Assembly (NCBI GenBank): GCA_030699125.1
Contig: JAUYKM010000007.1
Location: 5,082 to 69,081, forward strand
Length of the DNA: 64,000 nt
Reading direction: 5' to 3'
Source: Candidatus Daviesbacteria bacterium
Lineage (GTDB): Bacteria > Patescibacteriota > Microgenomatia > Daviesbacterales > UBA10151
The stretch's first letter is position 1. Each line of letters starts with the position of its first letter. The notes beneath the pieces were generated by a model that was not told the DNA's origin, did not search any database, and saw only the letters and a list, made by a program, of their open reading frames with translations. Position numbers and translations under genes: made by a program. Below are positions 19,931 to 30,285 of the stretch, piece after piece.

Positions 19931-22016
19931 TCTATTTATTCTGTCAGACTATGGAATTAATTGGGATTCGCCGCTACATATGCTAAGGGGACAGGCCTAT
20001 GCGGATATTTTCTTAAGGAGCAAGCCACAATTTAGCAAAGAATACCAAACTTCTCCCAATGTTATCTTCCCTTTCACATATGCCAGCAGATATTATTTTG
20101 CCGCCTCAGAAACAGGTGATTTGATTTTACCCAAGGTAACTTTACCCGAAAGACATCTTCCTCAAAAAGAATATGACAAAGATTTAAGTTTTTACCGGCA
20201 TCCTGATTATACCGGAGAGAGTTTTAAAGCTGCTGATGCCGGGCACTTGCCTTTGGTGGCAGTTTTATCTGCTTTTTCCAACAGGATATTTTGGGGGAAT
20301 TTTGGGTGGTTGGGGGATATTGAAAGCTATCAGTTGATTTATCTTTTCTTTTCAGCATTGGGGGTTTTTATAGTGAGTGCATTTGTCTTTGATATTACCC
20401 ACTCGTATCTTGCCTCAATTATTGGGGGATTATCTTTGGCTTTATTCCCGATGTTTTTTGCAGAAGCTCATATAAATTCCAAAGATCCTATTCAGGCATC
20501 TCTTTTTGCCGGGGCTGTTTGGAGTTTTTGGAGGTGGGTTAGGATGGGTCCGCCAGCTGGCGGATTGAAATGGTTTGGGATGTTTATGGCCTTTGTGGCG
20601 TTGGCCCTAGCAGTAAAGTGGAACATTGTTTTTCTCTCCCTAATTCTTTTGCCCTGGCTCATTTTAATAAGAAAAAGCGAGGAGTTTAAAAAATGGTTCA
20701 AACTCAGGAAACTAGTGCTTTTAAGTTTGCTATTTTTACTTTTTACTTTTTCATTTTTAATATTGATATGGCCTTATGCTTGGAATAATCCAATCCAGGC
20801 GAGCATTAATACCTTTAATTTCTATCTTAAGCAAGGTATAGGTACAGCATTGATACAACCACCGGGCTTCATTTTGCCCGGAGGTTTTAATATTTATCCT
20901 TTGATCCTATTTTTAACCCAAACTCCGGAGATAATTTTGATTTTAGGGGGGATAGGGATAATTGGGATAATCAGGAATAAATTTAAGACAAGTTATCTTC
21001 TGCTCCTTTGGCTGTTGATTTCCCTACTCAGGTTAAGTTTTCCTGAAGCCAGGACTTATGGAGGATTAAGACAGATTATGGAGGTTTTGCCGGTTATGGC
21101 TATTTTGGCTGGAGTAGGGGCAGGGTATCTGGTAAGGGTGATAAGTGACAAGTACAGTAAAGGTAACAAGTTTTTAGCACCAATTTTGTTACTTGTTACT
21201 TGTTACTTGTTACTTCTGCCCATTAGGCAGCTTCATCCCAACCAAAATGCATATTTTAATAGCTTGGCTGGGGGACTTAAGGGGGCTAAGGAAAAAGGGC
21301 TGATAGATTGGACTTTAACTTATGGAAACATCTATAAACAGGGGGCTTTGTGGCTTAATGAAAATGCTCAAATGAACAGTAATATTGCTCACCTGTCCGG
21401 TGCTGATTTTGCCCTGGCTCCTTTATGGCTTAGGGAAGATATCTCAATTTCCCCTTATCATTTTTCCGGATTTGATCAAGAAGGGGAATATATTTTAAGC
21501 TTATATAATCCTTTGGAAGTGCCTGTATTTGCGAAAAGGTATCCTGAGAGATTTTTAAATCCTGTCCATACTGTGGAAGTTGATGGAGTGGCTCTGCTTT
21601 TTATCTATAAAAATGAGCCTCAATATGCCAGGTTAGATCTTAAGAAAGAAGAAGAGATCAAAGTTGTTAAGATGGTGCCTCAAAGCTCAAAAGCAGCTGA
21701 TTTCTGGAGAATTGATTTAGGAAAGCAGTATCAGGTGACTAGAATAGTGGTTAATGGGGTGGATAGCAAATGCGCGGAAGGTGTTGAGCAAAAGGAGGCA
21801 ATAGCCTTTGATGTAGATTTAACCCGCGCCTATGTGTTAAATGAGAAAAAAGTCCGCCAGCTGGCGCCAAGTCAGACTTGGCTGGCGGATGGGGAAAGTA
21901 GGGTGGAGTATTTGTTTGCGGCCGAGCCAGCCAGATTTATTTATATTTACCCGCAAAATAATGAATCTTGCTTCTCTCAGGAAAAAGTTTTATCAATAAA
22001 CTATCTTAGTAATTAA
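19878..22016 (+). CDS. GT-C (ArnT/PMT-like) glycosyltransferase
   Basis: DYGINWD, H.N.KD, many TMs, periplasmic C-terminal domain. Confidence 0.8.
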   Translation: MRKYLLSVLLAVIFFIGNLFILSDYGINWDSPLHMLRGQAYADIFLRSKPQFSKEYQTSPNVIFPFTYASRYYFAASETGDLILPKVTLPERHLPQKEYDKDLSFYRHPDYTGESFKAADAGHLPLVAVLSAFSNRIFWGNFGWLGDIESYQLIYLFFSALGVFIVSAFVFDITHSYLASIIGGLSLALFPMFFAEAHINSKDPIQASLFAGAVWSFWRWVRMGPPAGGLKWFGMFMAFVALALAVKWNIVFLSLILLPWLILIRKSEEFKKWFKLRKLVLLSLLFLLFTFSFLILIWPYAWNNPIQASINTFNFYLKQGIGTALIQPPGFILPGGFNIYPLILFLTQTPEIILILGGIGIIGIIRNKFKTSYLLLLWLLISLLRLSFPEARTYGGLRQIMEVLPVMAILAGVGAGYLVRVISDKYSKGNKFLAPILLLVTCYLLLLPIRQLHPNQNAYFNSLAGGLKGAKEKGLIDWTLTYGNIYKQGALWLNENAQMNSNIAHLSGADFALAPLWLREDISISPYHFSGFDQEGEYILSLYNPLEVPVFAKRYPERFLNPVHTVEVDGVALLFIYKNEPQYARLDLKKEEEIKVVKMVPQSSKAADFWRIDLGKQYQVTRIVVNGVDSKCAEGVEQKEAIAFDVDLTRAYVLNEKKVRQLAPSQTWLADGESRVEYLFAAEPARFIYIYPQNNESCFSQEKVLSINYLSN

Positions 22017-22898
22017 TTTGAAAAGTAATTTAAAAACAGGATTATAGAACTTTATGTAGGAACCTAAATAGGTAACTTCTTTGCCGCCAAAGCCCCTTTT
22101 AAAAAAAGTAAAACCTGCCCAGTTTTTAGTCTGAGGATAACGTGGATCCAAAATACCGTCAAAGTCAAACTTTTTATAACCCAACTTTTTGGTCAAAATC
22201 ATAGCTTCCCAATAAAGTAGATGTGAGGCTCTTAAGTTTCTGTGGACATTTGAAGTGCCGGCCAGGCTGCAGAAAACCCCACTTTCTGTTGGATTAAGCA
22301 AAATTAAAAGAGTAGCCAGATATTTGTTATCCGGCGATAGAGCAAAAAACAGGATGGCTTTGCCTGATTTTTTAAATGTTAGAAAACGTGTTTTCGCCTC
22401 TTTTAAAGATTGGGGAGTAAATTTATTTCTGCCGGCAGTTTGCAGATAGAGCTTGTAGCTGGTATTAATATCATCAGATTGGATAATTTTCACCCCATTT
22501 CTTTTAGCAAAGTTGATATCGAAGCGGGTATTTTTATGAAAACTTTTAAAAAGCTCATCTTCAGTTTTGGTTAAATCCACAATCATGGTTTTAGAAACAG
22601 TCAAGGTCCAATATTCTTTGAAAAACCCATGCTTGATCAGCCGGGTATGAACTGATGACGCCTTAGCTGAATCAGATTCAATTTTGGGAGTAATTTTGAT
22701 CATTAAAGTGTGATTCTGATGGGCGAGCATATCAACTTTTTCAAGATCAATAGGCCAACTGGAACGGGGGATCTTAATATAAGTACCTATTAGAGACAGT
22801 TTTTTTATATAAAGGTAGTTTTTTCCCAACTTTTGGACTTTCCAACCTATTTGAGAAAGATATTTGGCCCATTGGGGTGTTTGTCTGATGTCACTCAT
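21993..22898 (-). CDS. FemAB/FemX-family peptidoglycan bridge aminoacyltransferase
   Basis: QTPQWA, VDLTK.EDEL...TR..I..A, DFDGI, W.GFT.FK.GFGG. Confidence 0.88.
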   Translation of the reverse strand: MSDIRQTPQWAKYLSQIGWKVQKLGKNYLYIKKLSLIGTYIKIPRSSWPIDLEKVDMLAHQNHTLMIKITPKIESDSAKASSVHTRLIKHGFFKEYWTLTVSKTMIVDLTKTEDELFKSFHKNTRFDINFAKRNGVKIIQSDDINTSYKLYLQTAGRNKFTPQSLKEAKTRFLTFKKSGKAILFFALSPDNKYLATLLILLNPTESGVFCSLAGTSNVHRNLRASHLLYWEAMILTKKLGYKKFDFDGILDPRYPQTKNWAGFTFFKRGFGGKEVTYLGSYIKFYNPVFKLLFKLITKIVY

Positions 22899-22910
22899 AA
22901 GTTTCTTCTT

Positions 22911-22988
22911 GTCATTCCTGCGAAGGCAGGAATCTAATTAACAATTTGCGCTCATTTCTAATTGGATCCCCGCATACGCGGGGATGAC
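22911..22988. repeat. Inverted dyad of GTCAT-hairpin-GATC palindromic elements
   Basis: GTCATTCCTGCGAAGGCAGGAATC ... GATCCCCGCATACGCGGGGATGAC; same family at 12789, 41116, 43502 and 55823. Confidence 0.8.
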
Positions 22989-23662
22989 GGTTCTTTCTTG
23001 CCTTTACATATAAAATAGGTTGATCTGTCAAAAAATGGCAGCAGTTTAAAGATGACATCTCTAAAGTCAGCTTCTTTCCATGATACCTCAATTGAGGTGG
23101 AGGGGATGATGGTCACCTTCTGAAAATACCGTTTTATCTTCCACCAATCCAAAGGAGTAGAACGGTACAAGATAAACCCACCATAATTGGCATATGGCCC
23201 CTCAAAAAAGCGGGGCAAAGCTTTTAAATTAAATCTGGAGTGAGTACTAAAAATAAAGAGGCCATTCGGTTTCATTACTCTTTTGGCCTCAGCAATACAC
23301 CGGTAAATATCAGGGTAAATACAGCTCATGCTGTTTGATGGAAAAAAAACTATATCAAAAGAATTGGGGGGAAATTTTAGGTTGCAGGCATCCATTTTGA
23401 AGACCTTGATAGGCAACCCCTTAACTTTTTCCTGGGCAGCCTCAACCATCTTGGGAGTGATATCAATGCCTGTGACCTGGTAGCTCATTTGGTGGAGTGG
23501 TATTAATGTCCTACCTGCCCCACAACCCAGCACCAATACTTTCTTGCCCCTGAAATATTTTTTGGCAAGATACTCTTCACCCGGGGTTAAATAATATTTT
23601 TTATATTCGTTAACCTGGGAGGAAAACATTTTGATATTGTGTTCCATTACCTGATTTAACAT
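22958..23662 (-). CDS. Class I SAM-dependent methyltransferase
   Basis: VLVLGCGAGR, GIDIT..M, DACNL.F...SFD, KPNG. Confidence 0.9.
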   Translation of the reverse strand: MLNQVMEHNIKMFSSQVNEYKKYYLTPGEEYLAKKYFRGKKVLVLGCGAGRTLIPLHQMSYQVTGIDITPKMVEAAQEKVKGLPIKVFKMDACNLKFPPNSFDIVFFPSNSMSCIYPDIYRCIAEAKRVMKPNGLFIFSTHSRFNLKALPRFFEGPYANYGGFILYRSTPLDWWKIKRYFQKVTIIPSTSIEVSWKEADFRDVIFKLLPFFDRSTYFICKGKKEPSSPRMRGSN

Positions 23663-23686
23663 ATCTTTCAGAGTATATCACTCAGA

Positions 23687-24409
23687 CTAGAAGAGATTAG
23701 TTTTAAAGCCTAGCTTGGCTAGCAAGTAAATTGCGAATAACTTGAATGTTTCAATTGAATGTAGGGCAGCTGCCCAGAAACTTTCCGAAGTGTGCTGTTT
23801 GTGATAATCGCAGTGGACGGCAATCTCCCCAATCTTCAAATTATGGTATTTGGCCTGAATTATCACCTGAAAGCTATAGAAATAATTATTGGCTGTATTT
23901 TCAAATTTAACTTTACTGATAAGCTTTTTGCTGTAGATGCGGAATCCATTATAAAATTCGCTTAGCGGAATTTGAAAAAGATGACGGTCAATGAAACTGA
24001 ATATGATGTTGGCCAAAAACCTGGGGATGGACATTCCATCCTCTAAGGCTGTTTTAGGGTAAATAAATCTTGAGCCCAACAAAAGATCATAGCGTCCCAC
24101 TTTCATTTTTTTTAAAGCCTGGGGTATCACCGAAGGATTGTATTGTCCGTCTCCGTGGATCTCCACCATATAATTTGCACCTAAGCTTATGGCTTTAGTT
24201 AAGCCGAATTTAATATTGGCACCATAGCCTCCATGGGAATGGCTAAATACAAGGATGCCCAGTTTTTTGGCTACAGATACTGATTTATCCTGGGAACCGT
24301 CGTCCACTACGATAATCTGATCAAACTCTTTTTTAGGCAGATTATCAAAAGTATCTTTGATCATTTGAGCGCAGTTATAAGTCATGATGATGCCAATTGT
24401 TTTGACCAT
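23687..24409 (-). CDS. Glycosyltransferase family 2
   Basis: YN, VVDDGSQD, GYGAN, HGDGQY, GSRF. Confidence 0.92.
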   Translation of the reverse strand: MVKTIGIIMTYNCAQMIKDTFDNLPKKEFDQIIVVDDGSQDKSVSVAKKLGILVFSHSHGGYGANIKFGLTKAISLGANYMVEIHGDGQYNPSVIPQALKKMKVGRYDLLLGSRFIYPKTALEDGMSIPRFLANIIFSFIDRHLFQIPLSEFYNGFRIYSKKLISKVKFENTANNYFYSFQVIIQAKYHNLKIGEIAVHCDYHKQHTSESFWAAALHSIETFKLFAIYLLAKLGFKTNLF

Positions 24410-24438
24410 TTGGTTAGAATATACTACTTTTACTTTTT

Positions 24439-25293
24439 ATGAAAGTTTTAGTTACCGGTGCGGCTGGATTTATCGGCAGTCACTTGAGCGATTATCTGAT
24501 TAAGAAAGGCTGCACAGTTTATGGAATAGATAACTGTCTTACAGGTGATAAATTAAACCTCCATCCCAAGGTCAAGTTTACCAAGATCGATATCCGAGAT
24601 AAAGTAAGATTGGACCATTTATTTAAAAAAACAGGGAAATTGGACTATGTTTTTCACCTGGCTGCTATTGCCAGAACTGGCTGGACTGTGACTGATCCGA
24701 CTCTGGCAAACGATATTAATATCACAGGTACCTTGAATGTTTTGTTGGCAGCCAGAGAAGCTATGCCTAAAAAGGTCATATTTGCCTCTTCCAACATTGT
24801 TTATGCCAAAAATACTCCATATTGGGTAACAAAAAAGACTGGAGAACTGTATATGCGCGTATTCGATAAACTCTATCACCTGCCCACTGTCTCGCTTCGT
24901 CTGTCCAATGCCTATGGCAGTTTAAGGCAGAGCGAGAAGGGGCCTGATATTAACTGTATTGCCAGCATGCGTAAATCAAAACAAGAAAATGGTTTTGTTT
25001 GGGTGAGCGGGGATGGCAAACAATCAAGAGATTTTACCCATGTTTTAGATATAGCGGAGGCCTTCTTAAAAGCGGCAAAATCCGATGTTCATGGAGCAGA
25101 GATTGATATCTGCACTGGTATCAATACCACTATCAATCAGATTGCCAAACAATTCAAATGTCCCATTAAATATGTGGATGAAAGGAAAGGAGATATCAAG
25201 CATATTTATCAAAATCCCCAAATGGCCGGGAAGCTCTTGGGATTTAAAGCCAAAAGAAAATTGGAGGACCATATCAGAGTCTATCTTAAATGA
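24439..25293 (+). CDS. NAD-dependent epimerase/dehydratase
   Basis: GAAGFIG, HLAA, YxxxK (YWVTK), RDFTHV.D. Confidence 0.92.
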   Translation: MKVLVTGAAGFIGSHLSDYLIKKGCTVYGIDNCLTGDKLNLHPKVKFTKIDIRDKVRLDHLFKKTGKLDYVFHLAAIARTGWTVTDPTLANDINITGTLNVLLAAREAMPKKVIFASSNIVYAKNTPYWVTKKTGELYMRVFDKLYHLPTVSLRLSNAYGSLRQSEKGPDINCIASMRKSKQENGFVWVSGDGKQSRDFTHVLDIAEAFLKAAKSDVHGAEIDICTGINTTINQIAKQFKCPIKYVDERKGDIKHIYQNPQMAGKLLGFKAKRKLEDHIRVYLK

Positions 25294-26687
25294 CATTCAA
25301 ACTGCACCAGAGTGCTTAAGCGGATTTTGGGTGGATCAATCCGGTCCTGCCTGATCAACTCCTCCGGTGAACATGGTTGATATTGATCACCATCTTGAGA
25401 AGGTATCAAACTGTTATATATTAGATAATATCCTCTTAAGTTTGGGCCTGCCGTGAGGTTTCTTATTAGAGGATTATCGTAAAAATCCCACAGCCTTTCC
25501 GGCGCATAAGTGATATTGACAGGATGGCTGTCCCAGCGACCCTTAGGATAATAAAAAGTGCCGATAACTTGAGTAAAGACGGAATAGATGATGGTGATAA
25601 TAAATAGAATGGTCAATAATCTATTTTTAAGGTGGGAGATTAAATAGTAACTCAAAATCACAGCCGGCACTGCCCCGTCTGTTAAGTATCTGTCTCCCCA
25701 AACCCAGCCGTCATCCACCAGGGCATAAACTGAATAAACAAAAAGAATGGCGTATAAAAAGATGAGATTTAAGAATAATACCTTGGACATTTTTTTCCAA
25801 AGCCAAGTCAGACTTGGCCAAAGCAGGATGGCGGCAAAGCCGAAGAAGAAAAAAGGAGTATAAAAAAGCAACCCTCTGGCCGGGGAGAAAAACAGCACAG
25901 CCAGATTGGACAGAAAGCGGGAAGGGTCAAAATATTTCCAGGATACAGCCTCGGTGCCTATTGGCATACCATAGAGATAATAATTTAGGGTCCCAAATAT
26001 GATTATTCCACCCAAGGTAATAATCGAGTATCTTCTCCAATATTTTTGATCTGCAAGAATGATCATGGTAAGTAAAATTGGCAAATAAATGATAAAAATA
26101 TTGCGGCTAAACAGGCATAAAATAGCCACAAGCAAAGAGAGAGTAAATTTCTTTCTGACAAAAAGGTATAAGGATAGGATTAAGAATAAGTTACTAAATG
26201 TATGCTGCCAAAGATGCTGGGAAGATATAGAAAAAGTCTGAGTGGCAAAGGCAAAAATGAGGGTAAAAATAAAACTTATCTTTTTGTTTGAGTAGATGGC
26301 ATTAAACAAGAAGAAAAATGCCACTATAGAAAGAGAGGACAAAAGGGAGGCAGTTAGCTTCTCAGCAACATATGAAATCCAGTAATAATTTTCCAGACCG
26401 GCCAAATTCAGCCACTGCATAATGAGGTAAAAAGGCAGATAAAAGGGAGTGGCCAAAACCCCTGGCAAGAGCGGGTAGGCGGAAATAAGGTGGTTGTTAA
26501 ATTCCTGCAGATAGGGAGGATTTTCTGGTAAAAAGGGTAGATAATCATCCAAAAATATCCCCTTACCTGAAAGAATATTAAAAGGTAGGAGCCTGGCAGG
26601 AGTATTATCCCCTGAGCCGGTAATATTTAAATTGATGTTATATAAGAAAAAAGATAAGAAAAATAGTAAAAGAGCATATTTTTTCAT
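25281..26687 (-). CDS. Polytopic membrane protein, GT-C-like
   Basis: GD..P, SQ.LWQH, SP.RGL..YTP, WG.RYL motifs; many TMs. Confidence 0.75.
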   Translation of the reverse strand: MKKYALLLFFLSFFLYNINLNITGSGDNTPARLLPFNILSGKGIFLDDYLPFLPENPPYLQEFNNHLISAYPLLPGVLATPFYLPFYLIMQWLNLAGLENYYWISYVAEKLTASLLSSLSIVAFFFLFNAIYSNKKISFIFTLIFAFATQTFSISSQHLWQHTFSNLFLILSLYLFVRKKFTLSLLVAILCLFSRNIFIIYLPILLTMIILADQKYWRRYSIITLGGIIIFGTLNYYLYGMPIGTEAVSWKYFDPSRFLSNLAVLFFSPARGLLFYTPFFFFGFAAILLWPSLTWLWKKMSKVLFLNLIFLYAILFVYSVYALVDDGWVWGDRYLTDGAVPAVILSYYLISHLKNRLLTILFIITIIYSVFTQVIGTFYYPKGRWDSHPVNITYAPERLWDFYDNPLIRNLTAGPNLRGYYLIYNSLIPSQDGDQYQPCSPEELIRQDRIDPPKIRLSTLVQFECHLR

Positions 26688-27424
26688 GATTTAATAATGA
26701 TACCAATTCCAGCCCAGCCTTGTTTAGGATTTTCAATAATTTCTAGGTATTTTTTACCCTGCTTGATCTTATGCCAAAACTTATCAACATGACAGTTGAG
26801 TTCTTCAGGATGCTTGCAAATATCATGCAATATAATCAAACCTCCGTTTTTGACCATTGGAGAATAATTTTCAAAATCTTGTTTAACGCCAATGTAGGAG
26901 TGATCACCATCAATAAATAATAAATCTAAGCCATCTTTAAATAGGGATCTTACTTTTGAAACAGTTGGAAAATTGTGTGAATTGCCCCACAACAAATGCA
27001 ATTTTTGTCGCTTCGAGACAAAAGTTCTATAGAAATACTTTCGCCAAAAAGCATAACCGCCTTCCTGATTCTTAAAGCAATAGTCTATCGAGGCTATTTT
27101 GGCTTGAGGGTGAGCAAGGGCACAAAAAAGAAACAGTGTTCCTCCACCCATGGTACCTATTTCCAATACTCTTTTGGGTCTTTTTTTCTTGATAAGTTTA
27201 GCAAGTTCAAAGAGTTCGGATTTTACCTGAATTGGGGCAATAATACCCCCCGAGTGATTAAATATAGAATCTATAAGTTTTTTTATTGAAGCAGTTTTTC
27301 TGTAAGTAAGTTTAAAGTGAACTGCCAAGATTATATAAATAAAGTAACGGAGAAATTTTTTTAGAAATATTAATATACCTTTGTCTCTTAAGGTTCGTTT
27401 TGTTATTGCAAGTTCATAAAACAT
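26684..27424 (-). CDS. Class I SAM methyltransferase (Methyltransf_24-like)
   Basis: VLEIGT..GGT, DLLFIDGDHSY, GG.I.LHD. Confidence 0.9.
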   Translation of the reverse strand: MFYELAITKRTLRDKGILIFLKKFLRYFIYIILAVHFKLTYRKTASIKKLIDSIFNHSGGIIAPIQVKSELFELAKLIKKKRPKRVLEIGTMGGGTLFLFCALAHPQAKIASIDYCFKNQEGGYAFWRKYFYRTFVSKRQKLHLLWGNSHNFPTVSKVRSLFKDGLDLLFIDGDHSYIGVKQDFENYSPMVKNGGLIILHDICKHPEELNCHVDKFWHKIKQGKKYLEIIENPKQGWAGIGIIIKS

Positions 27425-27470
27425 AAAATTTTAAGTTATTAAGTTATAATGATTTACGAATTAAAAATCA

Positions 27471-27524
27471 ATGAAGATTTGTTTTGTTACAGAAGATTTT
27501 TATCCAGACTTTATTGGCGGACAG
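27471..27524 (+). pseudogene. Orphan duplicate of the 5' end of the GT4 gene at 28206
   Basis: Encodes MKICFVTEDFYPDFIGGQ; 27474-27524 differs from 28218-28268 at four synonymous sites only. Confidence 0.9.
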
Positions 27525-27894
27525 AGGATAGACTGGGTTTGATTTGTACTTTGCCGAAAAATTTCATATTTAATAATTTCTTATCTTCTGTTAAGAAAAA
27601 ATCACATTCAGCTTCTGCAGCGCTATAAAGTTGTACATTATCTTCAAAATCCGTGGTAGGACCTAGAAGCGCCTGATAGGCGATAAGATTATTAAGTGGG
27701 ATAAGGGTAAGATATTTCTCTATGGAATCTGACAATTTTTTATGTGGTATTTTGTACTTATAAAGGTAAGTTAATATGTGAACCGAAAGAGGAGAAATGA
27801 AGAGATCATCATTCCCAAATTGATCCAGGTTGATATTTTTTCTTTCCTCAATAATATCAATGAACACATTAGCATCAAGAAATATCTTTGCCAT
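27511..27894 (-). CDS. PIN-domain (VapC-like) toxin
   Basis: IFLDANVFID, DFED.VQ, FLT.DK. Confidence 0.9.
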   Translation of the reverse strand: MAKIFLDANVFIDIIEERKNINLDQFGNDDLFISPLSVHILTYLYKYKIPHKKLSDSIEKYLTLIPLNNLIAYQALLGPTTDFEDNVQLYSAAEAECDFFLTEDKKLLNMKFFGKVQIKPSLSSVRQ

Positions 27895-28138
27895 ATTTTT
27901 CTTCTAAATGTTTTCTATAAACTTTTTCTCTATCTTTTTTTGGAATTAATCTTTTAGGCTTTATATCTCTTAATAACTTGCGAAACGCCTCTGGGTCAAA
28001 GGGTTTTGGTTCATATGTAGGCAGAATTTCTCCAATCACCTTGGAACGGTGAATCAAAGATAGTCTACCGCCCTCTGAAAGGGTTTTAACAATTTGACTG
28101 GATTTAGTCCTCAATTCAGTAGTAGTGATATATTGCAT
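27875..28138 (-). CDS. Antitoxin (Phd-like N-terminus) paired with the PIN toxin
   Basis: MQYITTTELRTK..LIHRSK.IG; overlaps the PIN start; start placed just after the promoter. Confidence 0.8.
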   Translation of the reverse strand: MQYITTTELRTKSSQIVKTLSEGGRLSLIHRSKVIGEILPTYEPKPFDPEAFRKLLRDIKPKRLIPKKDREKVYRKHLEEKYGKDIS

Positions 28139-28145
28139 ATTCTTA

Positions 28146-28174
28146 AATATACATTTAAATGTACACTTTGTCAA
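28146..28174 (-). promoter_or_regulatory. Promoter/operator of the PIN TA
   Basis: TTGACA-17 nt-TATATT on the minus strand, overlapping the 14-bp palindrome TACATTTAAATGTA. Confidence 0.75.
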
Positions 28175-28205
28175 GAGTTTGGATTGTGTTAAACTCACTC
28201 AAACT

Positions 28206-29360
28206 ATGAGAAAGCTCAAGATCTGTTTTGTAACTGAAGATTTTTATCCAGACTTTATTGGCGGGCAGGGGGTTTATGGATATCATCTGGTTTCAGAGTT
28301 GGCCAAAATGGGTCATCAAGTGACTGTTTTGGTAGAAAAAAGACCCGGCAGGAGAGAGTTTTGGAAAGATTATAAAAATATCCGTCTAATTGAGGTGCCA
28401 TTTTGTTTTGGCAACAAACTGATTCTGGGGATCTGGGAATATTTGTTTTTCTGGAAATTTTGCTCTGGAGAAAGTTTCGATATTATCCATTTAAATGGAC
28501 TGAGCGGTTGGCTTTTTGTTCTATTTAAGCCTAAAAATGTTAGTAAGATGATAGTAATGGATCATAATACCAATTATGAAATGAGTCTTCACACCCGCTC
28601 CAGATTGAAAAAACTGCTTTACTCCTTGCTTATTCATATGGAAAAAAGGCTGTTTGAGAGCGCAGATGGGATTTTATTTAATAATCCCGAGGAAGAAAAA
28701 AAAGTAAAGAACTACTACAAGATAGATCAAAAGCCTACAAAGGCAGTTTATTTAGGTGTAGAGCCTATCAAATTTAGTTTGGAAGAACAAAATAAGGCAC
28801 GTTTAGCATTGAGAAGAAAGCTGGATTGGCCAGCTAACGCCAAAATAGTACTGTATGTGGGCAGGCTGGTGGAGAGAAAAAAAGTGGATACTTTAGTTAT
28901 GGCTTTAAAAAATGTACCGGCATACGGAGTAATTGTGGGAAGAGGACCAGAATTAGATAATTTGAAATTTGAAATTAAAAATTTGAAATTAGAAAACATT
29001 AAATTCGTGGGGTGGACATATCAACCCAGGGAGTATTATTTAGCTTCAGATTGTTTCGTGACAGTGTCAGTGGCTGAAGGGGGATTTTTAATCACTGCGT
29101 TGGAAGCTGCATCTTATGGTTTACCTTTGATTTTATCCCCCTCAGCTGCCGGCTTTCCCATTGTTAAGAAAGGGAGGAATGGTTATATTGTTGATCCGGA
29201 TGATCCTAAAGAACTGGCTGAGAAAATTAAAATGGTGATCCTTCGACTTCGCTCAGGACAGGTGGGTGAGGAAAGCAGGAAATTGGCTAAGCAATTTAGC
29301 TGGGAAAAATGCAGCAGAGAGACTATTAATTTTTACCAACAACTTCTTGGAAGATCTTAG
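28206..29360 (+). CDS. Glycosyltransferase family 4
   Basis: FYP..GG, YVGRLV.RK, EG...ALEA...GLP, FSWEK. Confidence 0.92.
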   Translation: MRKLKICFVTEDFYPDFIGGQGVYGYHLVSELAKMGHQVTVLVEKRPGRREFWKDYKNIRLIEVPFCFGNKLILGIWEYLFFWKFCSGESFDIIHLNGLSGWLFVLFKPKNVSKMIVMDHNTNYEMSLHTRSRLKKLLYSLLIHMEKRLFESADGILFNNPEEEKKVKNYYKIDQKPTKAVYLGVEPIKFSLEEQNKARLALRRKLDWPANAKIVLYVGRLVERKKVDTLVMALKNVPAYGVIVGRGPELDNLKFEIKNLKLENIKFVGWTYQPREYYLASDCFVTVSVAEGGFLITALEAASYGLPLILSPSAAGFPIVKKGRNGYIVDPDDPKELAEKIKMVILRLRSGQVGEESRKLAKQFSWEKCSRETINFYQQLLGRS

Positions 29361-30285
29361 TATATTCTCTGATAGTTTTTTGCCAGCTGTAATGTTTTTG
29401 GGTATAAATTTTCGCTTTTTGACCAAGTTTTTTCCTGATGACGGGACTTTTTAGTCTGTTTATGGCTTCAATAAATGCTTGAGGGGTTGATTCAACCAAG
29501 ATGCCATTTTTGCCATCTCTGATGACCTGGGGGATCCCATCAACATTGGATGCTACCACAGGCAGACCCATTAAAGCTGCCTCTCCACAAGCTATTCCAA
29601 ACCCCTCAAAATCACCCTCAATTGCCTGATTAGGACAAACATAAATATGAGCTGTCTGATAAAGATATGCTAACTCAGAGTTATCCACTCTACTCACTAA
29701 ATTTACCCTGGAAGTGAGTCGTAAACGCTCGATAGTTCTCTTAATAACTTCCCTTTGTGAACCCTCACCGACAATAATATAGATAAATTGAGATGATAAC
29801 TTTCTGAAAACCTTTCTAATAAACCAAACATGGCCTTTTCTTAAGACTAAATTACCTACCGTTAACAATACTATTTTCCCTCTTAAATTAGGGAAATCTA
29901 TTAAGGTGGGGGAATTAAGATGAATTGTTGAAATGCCGTTTGGAATAGTAAATAATTTGGATTTATTAATATTAAATGGTTTAAGGAGAGCTTGAGTAGC
30001 TGAAGAAACAGCAATAACAGCATCGGCTTTAGGTAGGAGGCTATGTAATATAGTTTGATATAATCTGTTAGGGTAAACTAGATCCAGTCCATGAACAGAA
30101 ACTGTCAGAGGCTTTCTATAAATTAGCTTTAAAATAAAACCTAAAGGTAGCAGTGTGGCATCACAAAGGTGGATTAAGTCCGGTTTTAAGATGGATTTGG
30201 GGAAACGGGAAGAAAGTTGGGCATAGAATCTACTTAAACCTCCATAACCCTGGCTATTTTTTCTGGAAATAAAAAGTACCTTCAC
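29326..30285 (-). CDS. Glycosyltransferase family 4
   Basis: HGLD, IPNGI, EGFGI..EA...G.PVVAS. Confidence 0.92.
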   Translation of the reverse strand: MKVLFISRKNSQGYGGLSRFYAQLSSRFPKSILKPDLIHLCDATLLPLGFILKLIYRKPLTVSVHGLDLVYPNRLYQTILHSLLPKADAVIAVSSATQALLKPFNINKSKLFTIPNGISTIHLNSPTLIDFPNLRGKIVLLTVGNLVLRKGHVWFIRKVFRKLSSQFIYIIVGEGSQREVIKRTIERLRLTSRVNLVSRVDNSELAYLYQTAHIYVCPNQAIEGDFEGFGIACGEAALMGLPVVASNVDGIPQVIRDGKNGILVESTPQAFIEAINRLKSPVIRKKLGQKAKIYTQKHYSWQKTIREYTKIFQEVVGKN

